64,000 nt of DNA from Eledone cirrhosa (taxonomy: Eukaryota): assembly GCA_964016885.1 (NCBI GenBank), contig OZ024742.1:222456001-222520000 (forward strand). Direction: 5' to 3'. Shown here one piece after another: positions 37,016 through 50,847 of the stretch. The notes beneath the pieces were generated by a model. The model did no database searches, was not told where the DNA came from, and saw only the letters and a list, made by a program, of their open reading frames with translations. Positions within the stretch are counted from its first letter, which is position 1; each line of letters starts with the position of its first letter. The translations under genes were made by a program, and so were the position numbers.

Positions 37016-38911
37016 TTAAATATTCATTTATAATGCCTAAGTAGTGAGTTTTGTTTCTCTGGAGTTTTGTTTCTTTTCAGGATTTCTTCTGTTCTCCCCT
37101 TCTCCAAGTCTTCCCTCATTTGCACTCTGTCTCTACTATTGAAAATTTAGTCTTGCTTGATGATCCTGTGTGTGCACAGGTGAAACACCAGAGTAATAAG
37201 ACTCACTACTTCGCCATAATAAATGAATATTTGTGTGTGTGTGTTCTATACATTGAGACATTGCTTTTCTTTTTCTAACAAGTGGAAAACTAATTACACT
37301 TTGTGTAATTAGCCACAGTTGAGGAGAACCAAGGAAGACTTGAATGGAAATGGTGAGTGATGACCTCAAATAATTGAAGCTCACAGAGGAGATGACAAAG
37401 AAATGCAACAAGTGGAGAGATGCTATGCTGAAAAGAACCTGTTCAACCCATGCAAGCATGGAAAAGTGTGGTGATGATGATGATATCTATATTTGTCTTT
37501 TTTTATCTTGAACTATATTTATATCATTATCATCATCATTTTTACATCCGTTTTTCCATGGTTGTATGGTTCCATATATATATATATATTCATCATCATC
37601 ATCATCATTAAACGTCCATCTTCCACACTAGCATGAGTACCTTCATCATTATCCTCTCTAGTTCTGGTTTTTCCAAGCTTGCATGCATTTGACAGATCTT
37701 TTCCAGCACAGCTTCTCTCCATTTGTTGCTTTCCTTTGCGATCTCCTCTGTACAGTTGAGCATTTTGAGGTCCGCTCTCACCACCTCCTTCAGGTCTTCC
37801 TTAGCCTTCCTTTACTGCAGCTCCCTTCCATTGGGAATTCTTAGCACTTCTTCACCATGTGAGAGAGTGAAGGTTATAGCATTTGGAGATTGAACAGAGA
37901 CAGTATAAGGTCTTAGAGGATTTTCAGTCTGGACAATTATCTGACAACCTCCCTAGTGCTGGTGCCATGATCAAATGCACCCAGTCTATACTGTAAAGTG
38001 GTAATGCTAGTGCCAGGAAAAAAACACACCCACTACACACTGTAATGTGGATGATATTAGAAGAAGTATCCAGCCCTATAAGTCATGCCAAATATGGTAC
38101 CTATGAGCAAGATGAGGCTGTTCTAGTCCATCTGATCTTGGAGTGTGACAACCCGTCGAACCCATGCCAGCATGGACAGTAGACATAAAATCAATGATGA
38201 TGATATATACATATGTAAGTCATAAACATGAAATAAAAAGTACCATTCAACACAATACAAACAATACATTAGTTTAACCCATTAGCATTTACATTACTCT
38301 ATATATACTATTGTATTTTTGCAGTAAAGGCTTTATCTCACATAATATCAAATCTATGAGATTTTGAGAATAATACCTTAACATCAGTATGAGTGGCCGG
38401 TTACAGCCTGTTTGAACAGAAGGAGGTGAGAGAATTCTGGCCAGATATGGCCAGTTTCAATGCTGAAGGGTTAATACTTATAAGAAGTTAGCAAAGAGTC
38501 TTAATGTTTTGGACACTACTCTTTCTGTGGAAGAAAGATACAAAGAAAAGAGGGGTGTTGAGGAGAGAAAAGAAAAAGGAAAACGGAGTAAATGGAGAAA
38601 GAGAAACATGTTAGAAAAGGACCTTGGCAGATGTAATGAGATCTGATCCCAGTGGGCAGATGTGATGAGAGCTGACCTCATTGATCTTACAGAGGAGATA
38701 ACAAAGGAATTCAATGAGTATAGTGTCAAGAAATCCCAGTTTAAAGGAAGCTGCAGTAGAGGGAGGCCAAGGAAGACCTAGGCAGAGGTTATGAGAGCTA
38801 CTCTCATATTGCTGAAGTTCACAGAGGAGATGACAAAAGAAGGAAGCTGTGTTGGAAAAGACTTGTCCAACTTATACTAGTATGGAAGAGCAGACACAAA
38901 ATGATGATGTT

Positions 38912-38949
<38 letters not shown>

Positions 38950-39071
38950 ATGTTTAGTAAATGGTTCAACATGTTTGCTGTTTGCTATGTTGCATTGTTA
39001 CAGATGGATGATGATGGCTTCCTAATTGACATTGACAGTTGGGAAGATTCTACATACCCACAACATGCCCC

Positions 39072-39505
39072 CACCATCCCCACCTCTGCCACCACCATCC
39101 CCACCTCTACCTCCACCTCTACCACCACCATCTCCACCTCTACCACCACCATCCCCACCTCTACCACCACCATCTCAACCTCTACCACCACCATCTCCAC
39201 CTCTGCCACCACCATCTCCGCCTCTGCCACCACCATCTCCACCTCTACCACCACCATCTCCACCTCTGCCACCACCATCTCCACCTCTGCCACCACCATC
39301 CTCACCTCTGCCACCACCATCCCCACCTCTACCACCACCATCTCCACCTCTGCCACCACCATCTCCACCTCTGCCACCACCATCCTCACCTCTGCCACCA
39401 CCATCCCCACCTCTGCCACCACCATCTCCACCTCTGCCACCACCATCTCCACCTCTGCCACCACCATCTCCACCTCTGCCACCACCATCTCCACCTCCAC
39501 CCTCT
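39072..39505. repeat. 21-bp minisatellite (ccacctctgccaccaccatct), ~20 units
   Basis: Direct inspection; 7-aa periodicity of the overlapping ORFs. Confidence 0.95.
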
Positions 39506-39612
39506 CCACAATTGCTAATCTTCACTTATTCATTATCATCAAACATAACATGACTCCCTCCATCTCTGCCTCTTCCTCATTCATTGCCCCTCACTCCCTC
39601 ACATTCATTGCC

Positions 39613-39658
<46 letters not shown>

Positions 39659-40034
39659 CTAGTACTCTAGGCTTAGTATTTTCTGTCTCTTTCATTTATT
39701 CAATATCACTCCCTCATTCTCTCTTACTCTCTCCCTCTCTCTTCCTCGATCTCTCTTTCTATCCCTCCCTCCTTCTCCTCCTCCTCCTCCTCTTTTACAT
39801 TGTATTATTATTCTCTTTTATTTTCTTAAACATTTCTTAAAACATCATCACCACCATCAATACCACTACCACCACCACTGTCATCATCATCATCATCACT
39901 ATTATCGTCATTACCACCATCACCACCATCACCCCCCCCCCACCCCAACACCCCACCGCCAACATTTCACCTAATTCTCTGGTTGTTTTACTCACTTAGA
40001 ATTTGGCTATTTCTGATTTGTGATCCTGTACATA

Positions 40035-40885
40035 TGTGTGTTTGTATGTATACCTGTGTGTGTGTGTGTGTGTGTGTGTGTCTGTCTGTGTGTCTGTCTG
40101 TGTTTGTGTGTCTATGTGTGTGGTTGTTCATCTATATATATATGTGTATGTGTGTGTGAAATTGCATGTGTGTATGTGTGATTGTCTCTGTATACATGTG
40201 ATATGAGAATGTGTATATGTGAATGCCTACATGCGTGTGTGTGTGTTTGTAAGTGCATGCATTTCTGTGTGTAAGTGCATGTGTGTGCTTGTGTAACTAT
40301 CTCTCTATACATATGTAAGTGTATGCAGGCATGCATGCGTGTGTGTGTGTGTGTGTCATTGTATACATGTGTGAAGATAAGCATGTGTGTGTGTGTGTGT
40401 ATGTATGGGTGTGTGTATGTTTGTGCATCTCAGTGTGTATGTGTATGCATGGGTGTGTGTCTGAGAGAGTGTGTGTGTGTGTGTCAGTGTGTATGTGTAT
40501 GCATGGGTGTGTGTCTGAGTGTGTGTGTGTGTGTGTGTCTCAGTGTGTATGTGTGTGTCTCAGTGTGTATGGGTGTGTGTATGTTTGTGTGTGTCTGAGA
40601 GTGTGTGTGTGTGCGTCTCAGTGTGTATGTGTATGGGTGTGTATCTGAGTGTGTGTGTGTGTGCGTCTCAGTGTGTATGTGTATGGGTGAGTGTATGTTT
40701 GTGTGTCTGAGAGTGTGTGTGTGTCTCAGTGTGTATGTGTATGTTTGTGTGTGTGTGTGTATGTGTATGTGTGCATGGGTGTGTGTATGTTTGTGTGTGT
40801 GTGCATCTGTGTGTATGTGTATGTGTGCATGGGTGTGTGTATGTTTGTGTGTGTCTGAGAGAGTGTGTGTGTGTGTGTATGTGTG
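40035..40885. repeat. (GT)-rich compound repeat with higher-order ctcagtgtgtatg units
   Basis: Direct inspection. Confidence 0.92.
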
Positions 40886-40974
40886 TAATGGGCTCACTTC
40901 AATGCTATGTCATTTTAACTGACAACAGGTTAGTTATTATCAGCCAATAAATAGCTAGTTAGCATTGTCACCCT

Positions 40975-42670
40975 TCACTGCCAACAATACCACTAACTCC
41001 TGCACCAGCTCCACAATCAATAACATCATTACCAGTGCCACTAACAATAACACCATTACCAGTACCAGTACCACCATCAACAAAACCAATACCACTAACA
41101 CCACCACCACCACAACCACCACCAACACAACCAACACCACCACCACCACCACCACTACTAACGTTGTTACCAGCACCATCATCAATAACACCATTACCAG
41201 TACCACCATCAACAACACCAATACCACTAACACCACCACCACCACCAACACCACCACCACCACCACCAACACAACCAACACCACCACCACCAACACCACT
41301 ACTAACATTGTTACCAGCACCATCATCAATAACACCATTACCAGTACCACCATCAACAACACCACCACCACCAACACCACCACCACTAACACCACCACCA
41401 CCAACACCAACACCACCACCACCACCAACACCACCAACACCACCACCACTAACACCACCACCACCAACACCAACACCACCACCACCAACACCACCACCAG
41501 CACCAACACCAACACCACCACCACCACCACCAACACAACCAACACCACCGCCACCACCACCACTACTAACATTGTTACCAGCACCATCATCAATAACACC
41601 ATTACCAGTACCAGTACCACCATCAACAACACCAATACCACTAACACCACCACCACCACCACCAACACAACCACCACCACCACCACTACTAACATTGTTA
41701 CCATCACCATCATCAATAACACCATTACCAGTACCAGTACCACCATCAACAAAACCAATACCACTAACACCACCACCACCACAACCACCACCAACACAAC
41801 CAACACCACCACCACCACCACCACTACTAACATTGTTACCAGCACCATCATCAATAACACCAGTACCAGTACCACCATCAACAACACCAATACCACTAAC
41901 ACCACCACCACCACCAACACCACCACCACCACCACCAACACAACCAACACCACCACCACCACCACCACTACTAACATTGTTACCAGCACCATCATCAATA
42001 ACACCATTACCAGTACCAGTACCACCATCAACAACACCAATACCACTAACACCTCCACCACCACCACCAACACCACCACCACCACCACCAACACAACCAA
42101 CACCACCACCACCACTACTAACATTGTTACCAGCACCATCATCAATAACACCATTACCAGTACCAGTACCACCATCAACAACACCAATACCACTAACACC
42201 ACCACCACCACCAACACCACCACCACTAACACCACCACCACCACCACCACCACCAACACCACCACCACTAACACCACCACCACCACCACCAACACCACCA
42301 CCACTAACACCACCACCACCACCAACACAACCACCACCAACACAACCACCACCACCACCACCACTACTAACATTGTTACCAGCACCATCATCAATAACAC
42401 CATTACCAGTACCACCATCAACAACACCAATACCACTAACACCACCAACACCACCACCACTAATACCACCACCACCACCAACACCACCACCACTAACACC
42501 ACCACCACCACCACCAACACCACCACCACTAACACCACCACCACCAACACAACCAACACCACCACCAACACAACCAACACCACCACCACCACCATCACTA
42601 CTATTGTCACCACTATGACTACTATCATCTTCACCACTACCACCACCATCAACACTGTCATCATTACTAC
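40975..42670. repeat. (ACC/AAC)-based complex VNTR with ~9 recurrences of an ~80-bp core
   Basis: Core actactaacattgttaccagcaccatcatcaataacaccattaccagtacc... separated by variable (acc)n runs. Confidence 0.93.
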
Positions 42671-43135
42671 CCATCCCCAACACTACTATTGTCCCCACCC
42701 ATTACCAAATAGAGTGACCATTCTACCTGATTAACCCAAATACTAAAGTGATGTTAAGGTCAGCCATGGTGGTATGGTTACAGTGGTATGGTATGGTCAT
42801 AGTTGTGGTTTGGTGTGGTCACAGTTGTGGTGGTGTGGTGTGACCGCAGTGGTGGTTATGTGGAGTATGGTATGACTACAGTGGTGGTTATGTGGTGTGG
42901 TGGAGTATGGTATGACCACAGTGGTACTTATGTGGTGGTATAGTGGTATGATCTGGCAACAGTCCTACTAATAAGATGGTGGTAATGTTACGGTTCTTGG
43001 CAGACTGCCTTTTGGTCAATGTCTTCTCTCTTGTGGCTTTTAACTGTTTGTAACAACAATCATTTACTGCTAGTAACATTGTTTCATGCCCCACTCTGTA
43101 AACATATATCTATCTATCTATGTGTGTATATATAG

Positions 43136-43170
<35 letters not shown>

Positions 43171-43253
43171 AAGAGAGGTATGTATTTACTGTAAGTTACA
43201 ATGTTTCATTCCCCCCATGTATATATATATAGACACATACACACACAAGTGTA

Positions 43254-43286
<33 letters not shown>

Positions 43287-43787
43287 GTAGCTTGCAACGT
43301 TCAAATGCCCACCCCTTCACTTTTTCTCTCTCTCTCCCTTTCCCTCTCTATCTGGGTGTGTGTGTGTGTGTGTATTTGAGTTTTCAGTTTTCTTTCACAA
43401 TATTTATGCCTGCAGCATTCTTTCAGTCCCCCCCCCTTCTCTCTGTCTGCTTCTCTCTCTCTCTCTCTCTCTCCATCCACTAACACCAACCCTTTTTCAC
43501 CTCACAGACACCACCACTACCATCTTCACCACCACATACTCCACCACCACCACCACCATCAGCACCACCACCACCACCATCAGCATCACCACCATCTAAC
43601 CATCACTTCATCAGCTACAATGTCCTTAAACAACTAATTCACTATTTCAACAATTCACCACTAAATCTATTGGAACCACCAATATTACAAGAAGTCCATT
43701 TACTCTAATCTTCTTACTTTAAAAAGAAATCAGTGATTTCCAGGAATAAGGAAATTATCATCATCATCATCAATATTTTTATTATTA

Positions 43788-44460
43788 TTGGATTGGCAGT
43801 ATTAGTAGAGCGTCGGACAATATGCTTTGCAGCATAGAGTTACGGCTCTTTACATTCTGAGTTCAAATCCCGTCGAGGTTAACTTTGCTTTTCATCCTTA
43901 TTTGGTTGATAAAATAAAGTACCAGTAATGCACTGGGTTCGATATAATTGACTTTCCCCTCCCCCAAAATTGTTGGCCTTGTGTCAACATCAGAAAGTAA
44001 AGTATCAATAACACACTGCAGTTGATTTAATCAATTTTCCTCTCACCCTTCAAATTGCTGGCCTTGTGCCTATATAAGAAACCATTATTATAAGTAGGGC
44101 GGTGGATTGACAGTATCGGTAGAGCGTCAGACACCATGCTTTGCAGCATAGAGTTACGGCCCTTTACATTCTCAGTTAAAATCTCGTCAAGGAGAGCTTT
44201 GCCTTTCATCCTTACGGGATCGATTTAATCGACTTTCCCCTCCTTCAAATTGCCGGCCTTGTGTCTATAGTAGAAATCATTATTATAAGTAGTCGAAGTT
44301 ACATCTCTTTACATTCTGAGTTCAAATCCTGTCAAGGTTAGTTTTGCCTTTCATCCTTAAGGAGTTGATAAAAGAAAAAAGTGCCAGTAATATACTGGGG
44401 TCGATTTCATTGATTTTCCCCTCCCCCCAAATTGTTGTATCTAAATCAGAAACCATCATT
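43788..44460 (+). mobile_element. Three tandem Meta-domain-like SINEs
   Basis: Repeated ggattg.cagtat..gtagagcgtc.gac...gagttcaaatcc...tttcatcctta...tggccttgtg. Confidence 0.88.
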
Positions 44461-44619
44461 ATTGCTGTTGCTGATGTACTTTTGTAAATAAATCACCCCA
44501 TCTTCCTCTCATCCCCTCCATCTGTCTTCGCTTTATGCAACTCCATAATCTACCTCCAGTCCCTCTCCATACCTTCCATTTGCCCCTCTATTTCATCTGT
44601 CCATACCGACAATACACTC

Positions 44620-45030
44620 CTGCAATCCCTCTCCATACCCACAATTCACCCCTCCAATCCCTCTCCATACCCTCAATTCACCCCTCCAATCCCTCTATCC
44701 ATACCCTCAATTCACCCCTGCAATCCCTCTCCATACCCTCAATTCACCCCTCCAATCCCTCTCCATACCCTCAATTCACCCCTCCAATCCCTCTATCCAT
44801 ACCCTCAATTCACCCTTGCAATCCCTCTCCATACCCTCAATTCACCCCTCTAATTCCTCTCCATATCCTCAATTCACCCCTCCAATCCCTCTCCATACCC
44901 TCAATTCACCCCTCCAATCCCTCTCCATACCCTCAATTCACCCCTCCAATCCCTCTCCATACCCTCAATTCACCCCTCCAATCACTCTCCATACCCTCAA
45001 TTCACCCCTCCAATCCTTCTATCCATACCC
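44620..45030. repeat. 32-bp C-rich minisatellite (ccctcaattcacccctccaatccctctccata), ~12 units
   Basis: Direct inspection; the ORF peptide cycles every 32 aa (3 units). Confidence 0.93.
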
Positions 45031-46140
45031 TCCATTCACTCCCTCTACTTCCACACCTTTACATCACACTCCAGCCCATCACCAATCCATCATGTTCCAT
45101 CCCTCCCTACACACACACATGTCCATCGGTCTCCACCTCCTACCCCTGTCCTCAGCCCACCAAACTGCCCTTCCCTAACAATTAAACTAAAATTGGTGTA
45201 TATTATGGTAGTGTTTCTACTCACTAAGAAATCAGAAAGGTCAGTAAATGCAGTGTTTGGCATTCTTACAACTTTGGTCTAATTGAACAATAGAGATAAC
45301 AGATAGCCTTTTAAAGCCACCTAAGTTGGTCACAGGTTCATAAATATGTGTATGTGTGTGTGTGTGTGTGTGTGTGTATAAATATATGTATCATCATCAT
45401 CATCATCATCGTTTAACACTAGCATGGATTGGGCGGTTTTGCCCCACTTGAGGCGAGATTGGTCAGGAGACTGTATCTCACTTGTACAGAACTGTTTCTG
45501 GCAGGTTTATCTACAACTGGATGCCCTTCCTAACACCAACCATATGTTGATGCCCTAAGGACAGACACTGGTCTGTTGGAGACGCAGGACATGGCAGTGA
45601 TAATGAGGGACAGAGACTGCTGGAGAGAACTCGTCCATGGATCTCGAGAATTTTACTCGCCATAGATAGATAGATATATTTAAATAATATATATATGTTA
45701 AAACAAAAAACAAAAACATCAAAGAGTGCAGTACAAAGTGTTAGTATTATATGTGTGTATGTATATATATGTGTGTGTGTGTGTGACTGAGAGAGATGAT
45801 GATGATGATGAAGGGATGCTACAAGTGGAGGGAGGCTGTTCAAGGTAAGACCCATCCAACCCAACCCATGCAAGCATGGAAAAGCAGGTGTCAAATTCTA
45901 ATGATAATACACATGTATATTTTTACCTTTTAAAAAAAAAACACTGCATCATTTTAAATAACAGTACATTGTTTATTTCTATATTAAAATGCTGTTGTGA
46001 TGGTTATAAAGATGTGGGATTATTTGGACCTCACTTCCTTGATCATTTCTGTTTTCTCTGATGACACAAATATAAACAAAATTAAACATTAAACCTGAGT
46101 CAATGTTCAGATTGGGATATATAAATACATGTATTATATA

Positions 46141-46830
46141 GGCAGTGAATTGGCAGAGTCGTTAGAACGTCAGATAGAATGCTTTATGGTATTCATTCCA
46201 ACTCTCTGCTCTCTCAGTTCAAATCCCGCCGAGGTCAACTTTGCCTGTCATCCTTTCGAGGTCAATAAAAGCAAAGTACCAGTTTAGTACTGGGATCGAT
46301 TCTTCCTCTATATCTCTTTTCTGGAGAGGGATAGGCTACGCCAGGCTTAAAATGCCCAAGAAACGCTGTATGCCAATACGGCGCCCCTACAACTCTATCA
46401 GGAGTTACGGGACCATACATACATACATTTGGCAGTATTGGTAGAGGGTCAGACGCCATGCTTTGACGTATAGAGTTACGGCCCTTGCCTTTCTGAGTTC
46501 AAATCCCGCCGAGGTTAACATTGCCTTTTATCCTTACGGGGTTGATAAAATAAAGTACCAGTAATGCACTGGGTAATTGCTGGCCTTGTGCCTAACGTAG
46601 AAACAATTATATATATTAATACCTGTGGATTGACATAATCGGATGCCATGCTTTGCAGTAAAAAGTTATGGCCCTTTATGAGCTGAGTTCAAATCCCGCC
46701 AAGGTTAACTTTGCCTTTCATCCTTATGGGGTCGATAAAATAAAGTACCAGTCACGCACTGGGGTCGATTTAATCAACTTTCCCTTCCCCCAAAATTGCT
46801 GACCTTTTGCCTATATAAGAAACCATTATA
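46141..46830 (+). mobile_element. Three adjacent SINEs; the first (46141-46428) has an alternative 3' tail ending (CATA)n, also seen at 48143-48478
   Basis: Same tRNA head and Meta-like domain; tail ctggagagggat..caatacggcgc.cctac.actctatcaggagttac.gga.cata. Confidence 0.85.
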
Positions 46831-47834
46831 TATATTAATAATAGAACTTCAGCAAAGTTTATATAATCAATTTAAACATCCGTAAGACAATCTCTACTGG
46901 CGCTAGCACCGGTGCTGGATTTACCATTGTGCTTAGGTTAGGTGAACTTAAGTACAGGGCCCCGTCTTCCTGCCAAAAAAATGTTCTATCTCCTTCCGGG
47001 TCCAAGTAAGGGGCCTCATAACTTAACCAGCACAGGGCCTCATTTGTCCTAAATCCGACCCTGGCTGGAGCCACAATAAAGTGTACCCAGTACACTCTGT
47101 ACAATGGCTGATGTTAGGAAGGGTATCCAGCCATAGAGACCATGCTAAAACAGGCTGAAAGAAATGTTCGGTGACATCTAGGGAAAGAGTAGCTCCAGTT
47201 GAGTACCGGCTTGTTCTATAACAACCCCATCCAACCCACACCAGCTTGGAAAATGGATGTAAAATGATGACGATAATGGTAGTGCTGGTGGTTTTAGTTG
47301 TTGTGATGATGGACAGTGGTAGTGATGAGACTGTTGGTGGTGGTGGTGGTGGTGGTGGTGCAGCCAGTGTTGCTGTTGGGTTTGGTCGTAGTCATTGCCA
47401 TGACATCATCATCATCATCATACGTTTGCTTTTCCCTGCTTGCAAGGGTGGGACAGGTCCTAGTCAGCACAGCATCTCTCCATTGCATCACGGTCCTTCG
47501 TCATCTCCCCATGAGCTTCAGCGATCTGAGGTCAGCTCTCACCACCTCCGCCCATGATTTTCGTGGTCTTCCTCTACTGCGTCTTCCTTCTACACTGGGA
47601 TTTCTTGGCACATGTATTTTATATATCCCAATTTGAACATTAACTCATCAGTGTAGTAATGGTGGTGGTGGTTTTGGTGATGGTGGTGATGGTGATCTAT
47701 AATGTACGTGCCAGTGTCACTAACAGCAGAGTTTCCCTAACACACTCTTGGACAAAACATTTGTTTGAAAAAGCTTTTATGGAATTAATAGAAAGTTTAC
47801 TAATTGCATTGTTTAATCATTTGACAGTCTAGTG

Positions 47835-47867
<33 letters not shown>

Positions 47868-49395
47868 TACAAACATACAAGCATACACACACGCACATAC
47901 ACACATACATGCATACATATAACAGTCTGGTATATTTATATATACAATATACTATATAAGCTTTTACATTTCAGCAAATACTTTTCAAATGTATTCTTCT
48001 CTTACAGCTATATGACATAACGTCTTTCAGTGTTTAACCTTTTCATCTTCTCTTTTCTTAAGATGTTCTGCTTTACATCACAATGTTTCCCTAGATTCTG
48101 TTATATAACAATTTCTCATTAAGACTTGGTCTTCTCTTGTAAGGTAGCGAATTGGCAGAGCCATAGAATGCTTTATGCTTTTCATTCCAGCTCTCTGCTC
48201 TCTGCATTCAAATCTGCCAAGATCAACTTTGCCTTTCATCCTTTCAAGGTCGATAAAAAAAAAAGTACCAGTCTAGTACTGGGGCCGAGTCTTCCTCTAT
48301 ATCTCTTTCTCATTTCCGCTCCCTCTCTCACTCTCTCCTTCTCTGGAAGAAAACTGCTGTACTCAGGCCTGGAGAGGGATGGGTTCCGCCAGGTTTTAAA
48401 TGCTCAAGAAGCGCTGTATATCAATACGGCGCACCTACGACTCTATCAGGAGTTACAGGATCATACAAATACAATACTTCTTTTCTATTTTCACTGGTTT
48501 AAGTCATTTAGACTGTAGCCAGTGAAAGAACATGGCCTAGTTGGTTAGGCCATTGGACTCACAATCATAAGGTCGTGGATTCAATTCCTTCATTTCACAT
48601 TACTTTTCTTGAAAGGACTGAAACTCCTATCATTAACCCTTTAGCATTCACATTACTCTATATATACTATTGTATTTTCATGGTAAAGGCTTTACTTCAC
48701 AAAATATCTTGCATAATATCGAATCTATGAAATTTTGAAAGTATTTATTTTGAGAAAGACAATACCTTAACATCAGTTTGAGTGACCAGTTACAGTCAGT
48801 TTCAACAGAAAGAGGTAGAGAATTCTGGCCGGTTTGAACATTAAAGGGTTAAAACACCTAAGAAACCTTTTATGTGGTCCAACTTTGCTGGAGCTCAGCT
48901 AAGCCTTCGGGCAGTTTTCTGCTAGCATGTGAGTGTGCATATTGATATTATATGCAAATATATATGCATATAGATATGATACATAAATTGAAAGTAAATT
49001 GACAACATGCACAGAAATTGAACAAAGACTGTGTCACACTTTATTCTGTAATCAGTAAAGTAATCTATGATATATTTACAAAAGACAATATTATATTTAA
49101 ACACCATTACTCCGAAATGTTATGAAAATGAAAAAAGGAGAAAATGAGATCAGCAACGGAAATATAAATGTTACGATATAATGATGGAAATATATAAACG
49201 TTATGATATAACGAACACTAACGGAAATTGACATTTGAAAGTTTTAACAGAAGTGAATCTTGAAATAAGCAATTCATTATATATAAGATTATTTATGTTT
49301 AATCAAGAGCTTAGAAATTTAGTAGATAAATTACATAATATTCATTTATGATTTATTCAACGTAATCCAACTTATTTTAATAACGTGATATAAAA

Positions 49396-49580
49396 TAATT
49401 GTTTCTACTTTAGGCACAAGGCCAGCAATTACCTACTACATTACTGGTACTTTATTTTATCAACCCCGTAAGGATGAAAGGCAAAGTTAACCTCGGCGGG
49501 ATTTGAACTCAGACTGTAAAGGGACATAACTATGCTAGAAAGCATGGTGTCCAACCCTCTACCGATACTGCCAATTCACT
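49396..49580 (-). mobile_element. Meta-domain-like SINE (further copies ~8830-9040, 26475-26690, 27170-27350, 29390-29540, 35350-35555, 54272-54440, 61755-62140)
   Basis: Match to 10581-10770. Confidence 0.87.
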
Positions 49581-50847
49581 AAACTGAACACAGTCTCACA
49601 GTTCTCGTCATTATATATAAGATTGACATTGTCATTATCATCATCTTTTTTTTTACATCTGCTTTTCCATTTAAGCATGGGTTGGACAGGACTTTTTGAA
49701 GTAATGTTCTTCAGCCAAAAGTCCTTCTTGAGACCAACATCTTTAGTCCCACATGGATATGGTGCCTATTCTAAGCCAGATACATACTGTTATGACACTA
49801 ATGCAATAATAACAATAGTAACAAACAGGAGTTAGCAGCAGCACAGAGTTAACCTACAAAACCATGTAAATGTCTTAACCTCAGAGCCATGCCTTCATCT
49901 GGTCTTCAAAACAAAATATTTTCATGCAATTTATTAATTGGATAATCTTTCTCTATCTCTTCTTAAGCCTAAGATTTGCAGAGATTAATTGTAATTATCA
50001 TGTCAACAACCTAGTAGATAAAACCATTAAACTTGTTATGTTTAACCTGTTTGTGACTGTATTTCTAATGAAATACACTCTATTTCATTTAATTAATGAA
50101 GAATTCTGAATGATTTACTAAAATTATTAATTATTTCATTACTAAAATAGTAACATATGGTCCTTATATAAAATTAAGATGGAGGATTTTAATTTAAATA
50201 GGAACCCTTTAAAATGGGTGGTTTTGTTTCATATAACCAGAACTAGTTTTTTTTTATGTAATTTATGTTCTAAACACCAGCTTAATAATGAGAAAGTAAG
50301 TTTTATCAATTCTTGTTTATTTTGAAAAATATTTTTCATTAGAAATGTGGTAATGAAGTAGTTAAAATATTTATAAAAATCCTCCATAATTCTATGTAAG
50401 AACCTTTGTTAAGTTATGTTCCAAACACCAACTTAATAATAAGAAAGTTTAATTACTAAATCACACAAAATTCTTCATTATTTTCAAAATTTATTGAAAA
50501 TCATAGAAAGTGTTTTTCATTTGAAATAGGGTAATGAAAGGGTTAAGTTATGTCCCAAATTGCAACTTAATAGAAAGTTAGTTATTACTAAATCGCTCCA
50601 AAAAATAAAAAATCCTAGATGTCTTTTATCAAAAATATGGTAACAAAAGGGTTGAGCTATGTTCCAAACACCACCTAAATAAGGACAAAAATTATATTAC
50701 TAGATCCTTCAAATTCTTGATTATCTTAATTGAAAATCATATGTATAGTATGCACATAGAAGCATATGTATAGTATGCACCATCCCACCCCATCCACTCC
50801 CATACATCTCCTATGAGGACAAGCTGAAGTATACATCCAGTGTAGCA

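Noticed and set aside
39026-39553. Extensin-like Pro-rich, His-rich and RGG-rich ORFs
   Set aside because: Alternative frames of the same 21-bp minisatellite
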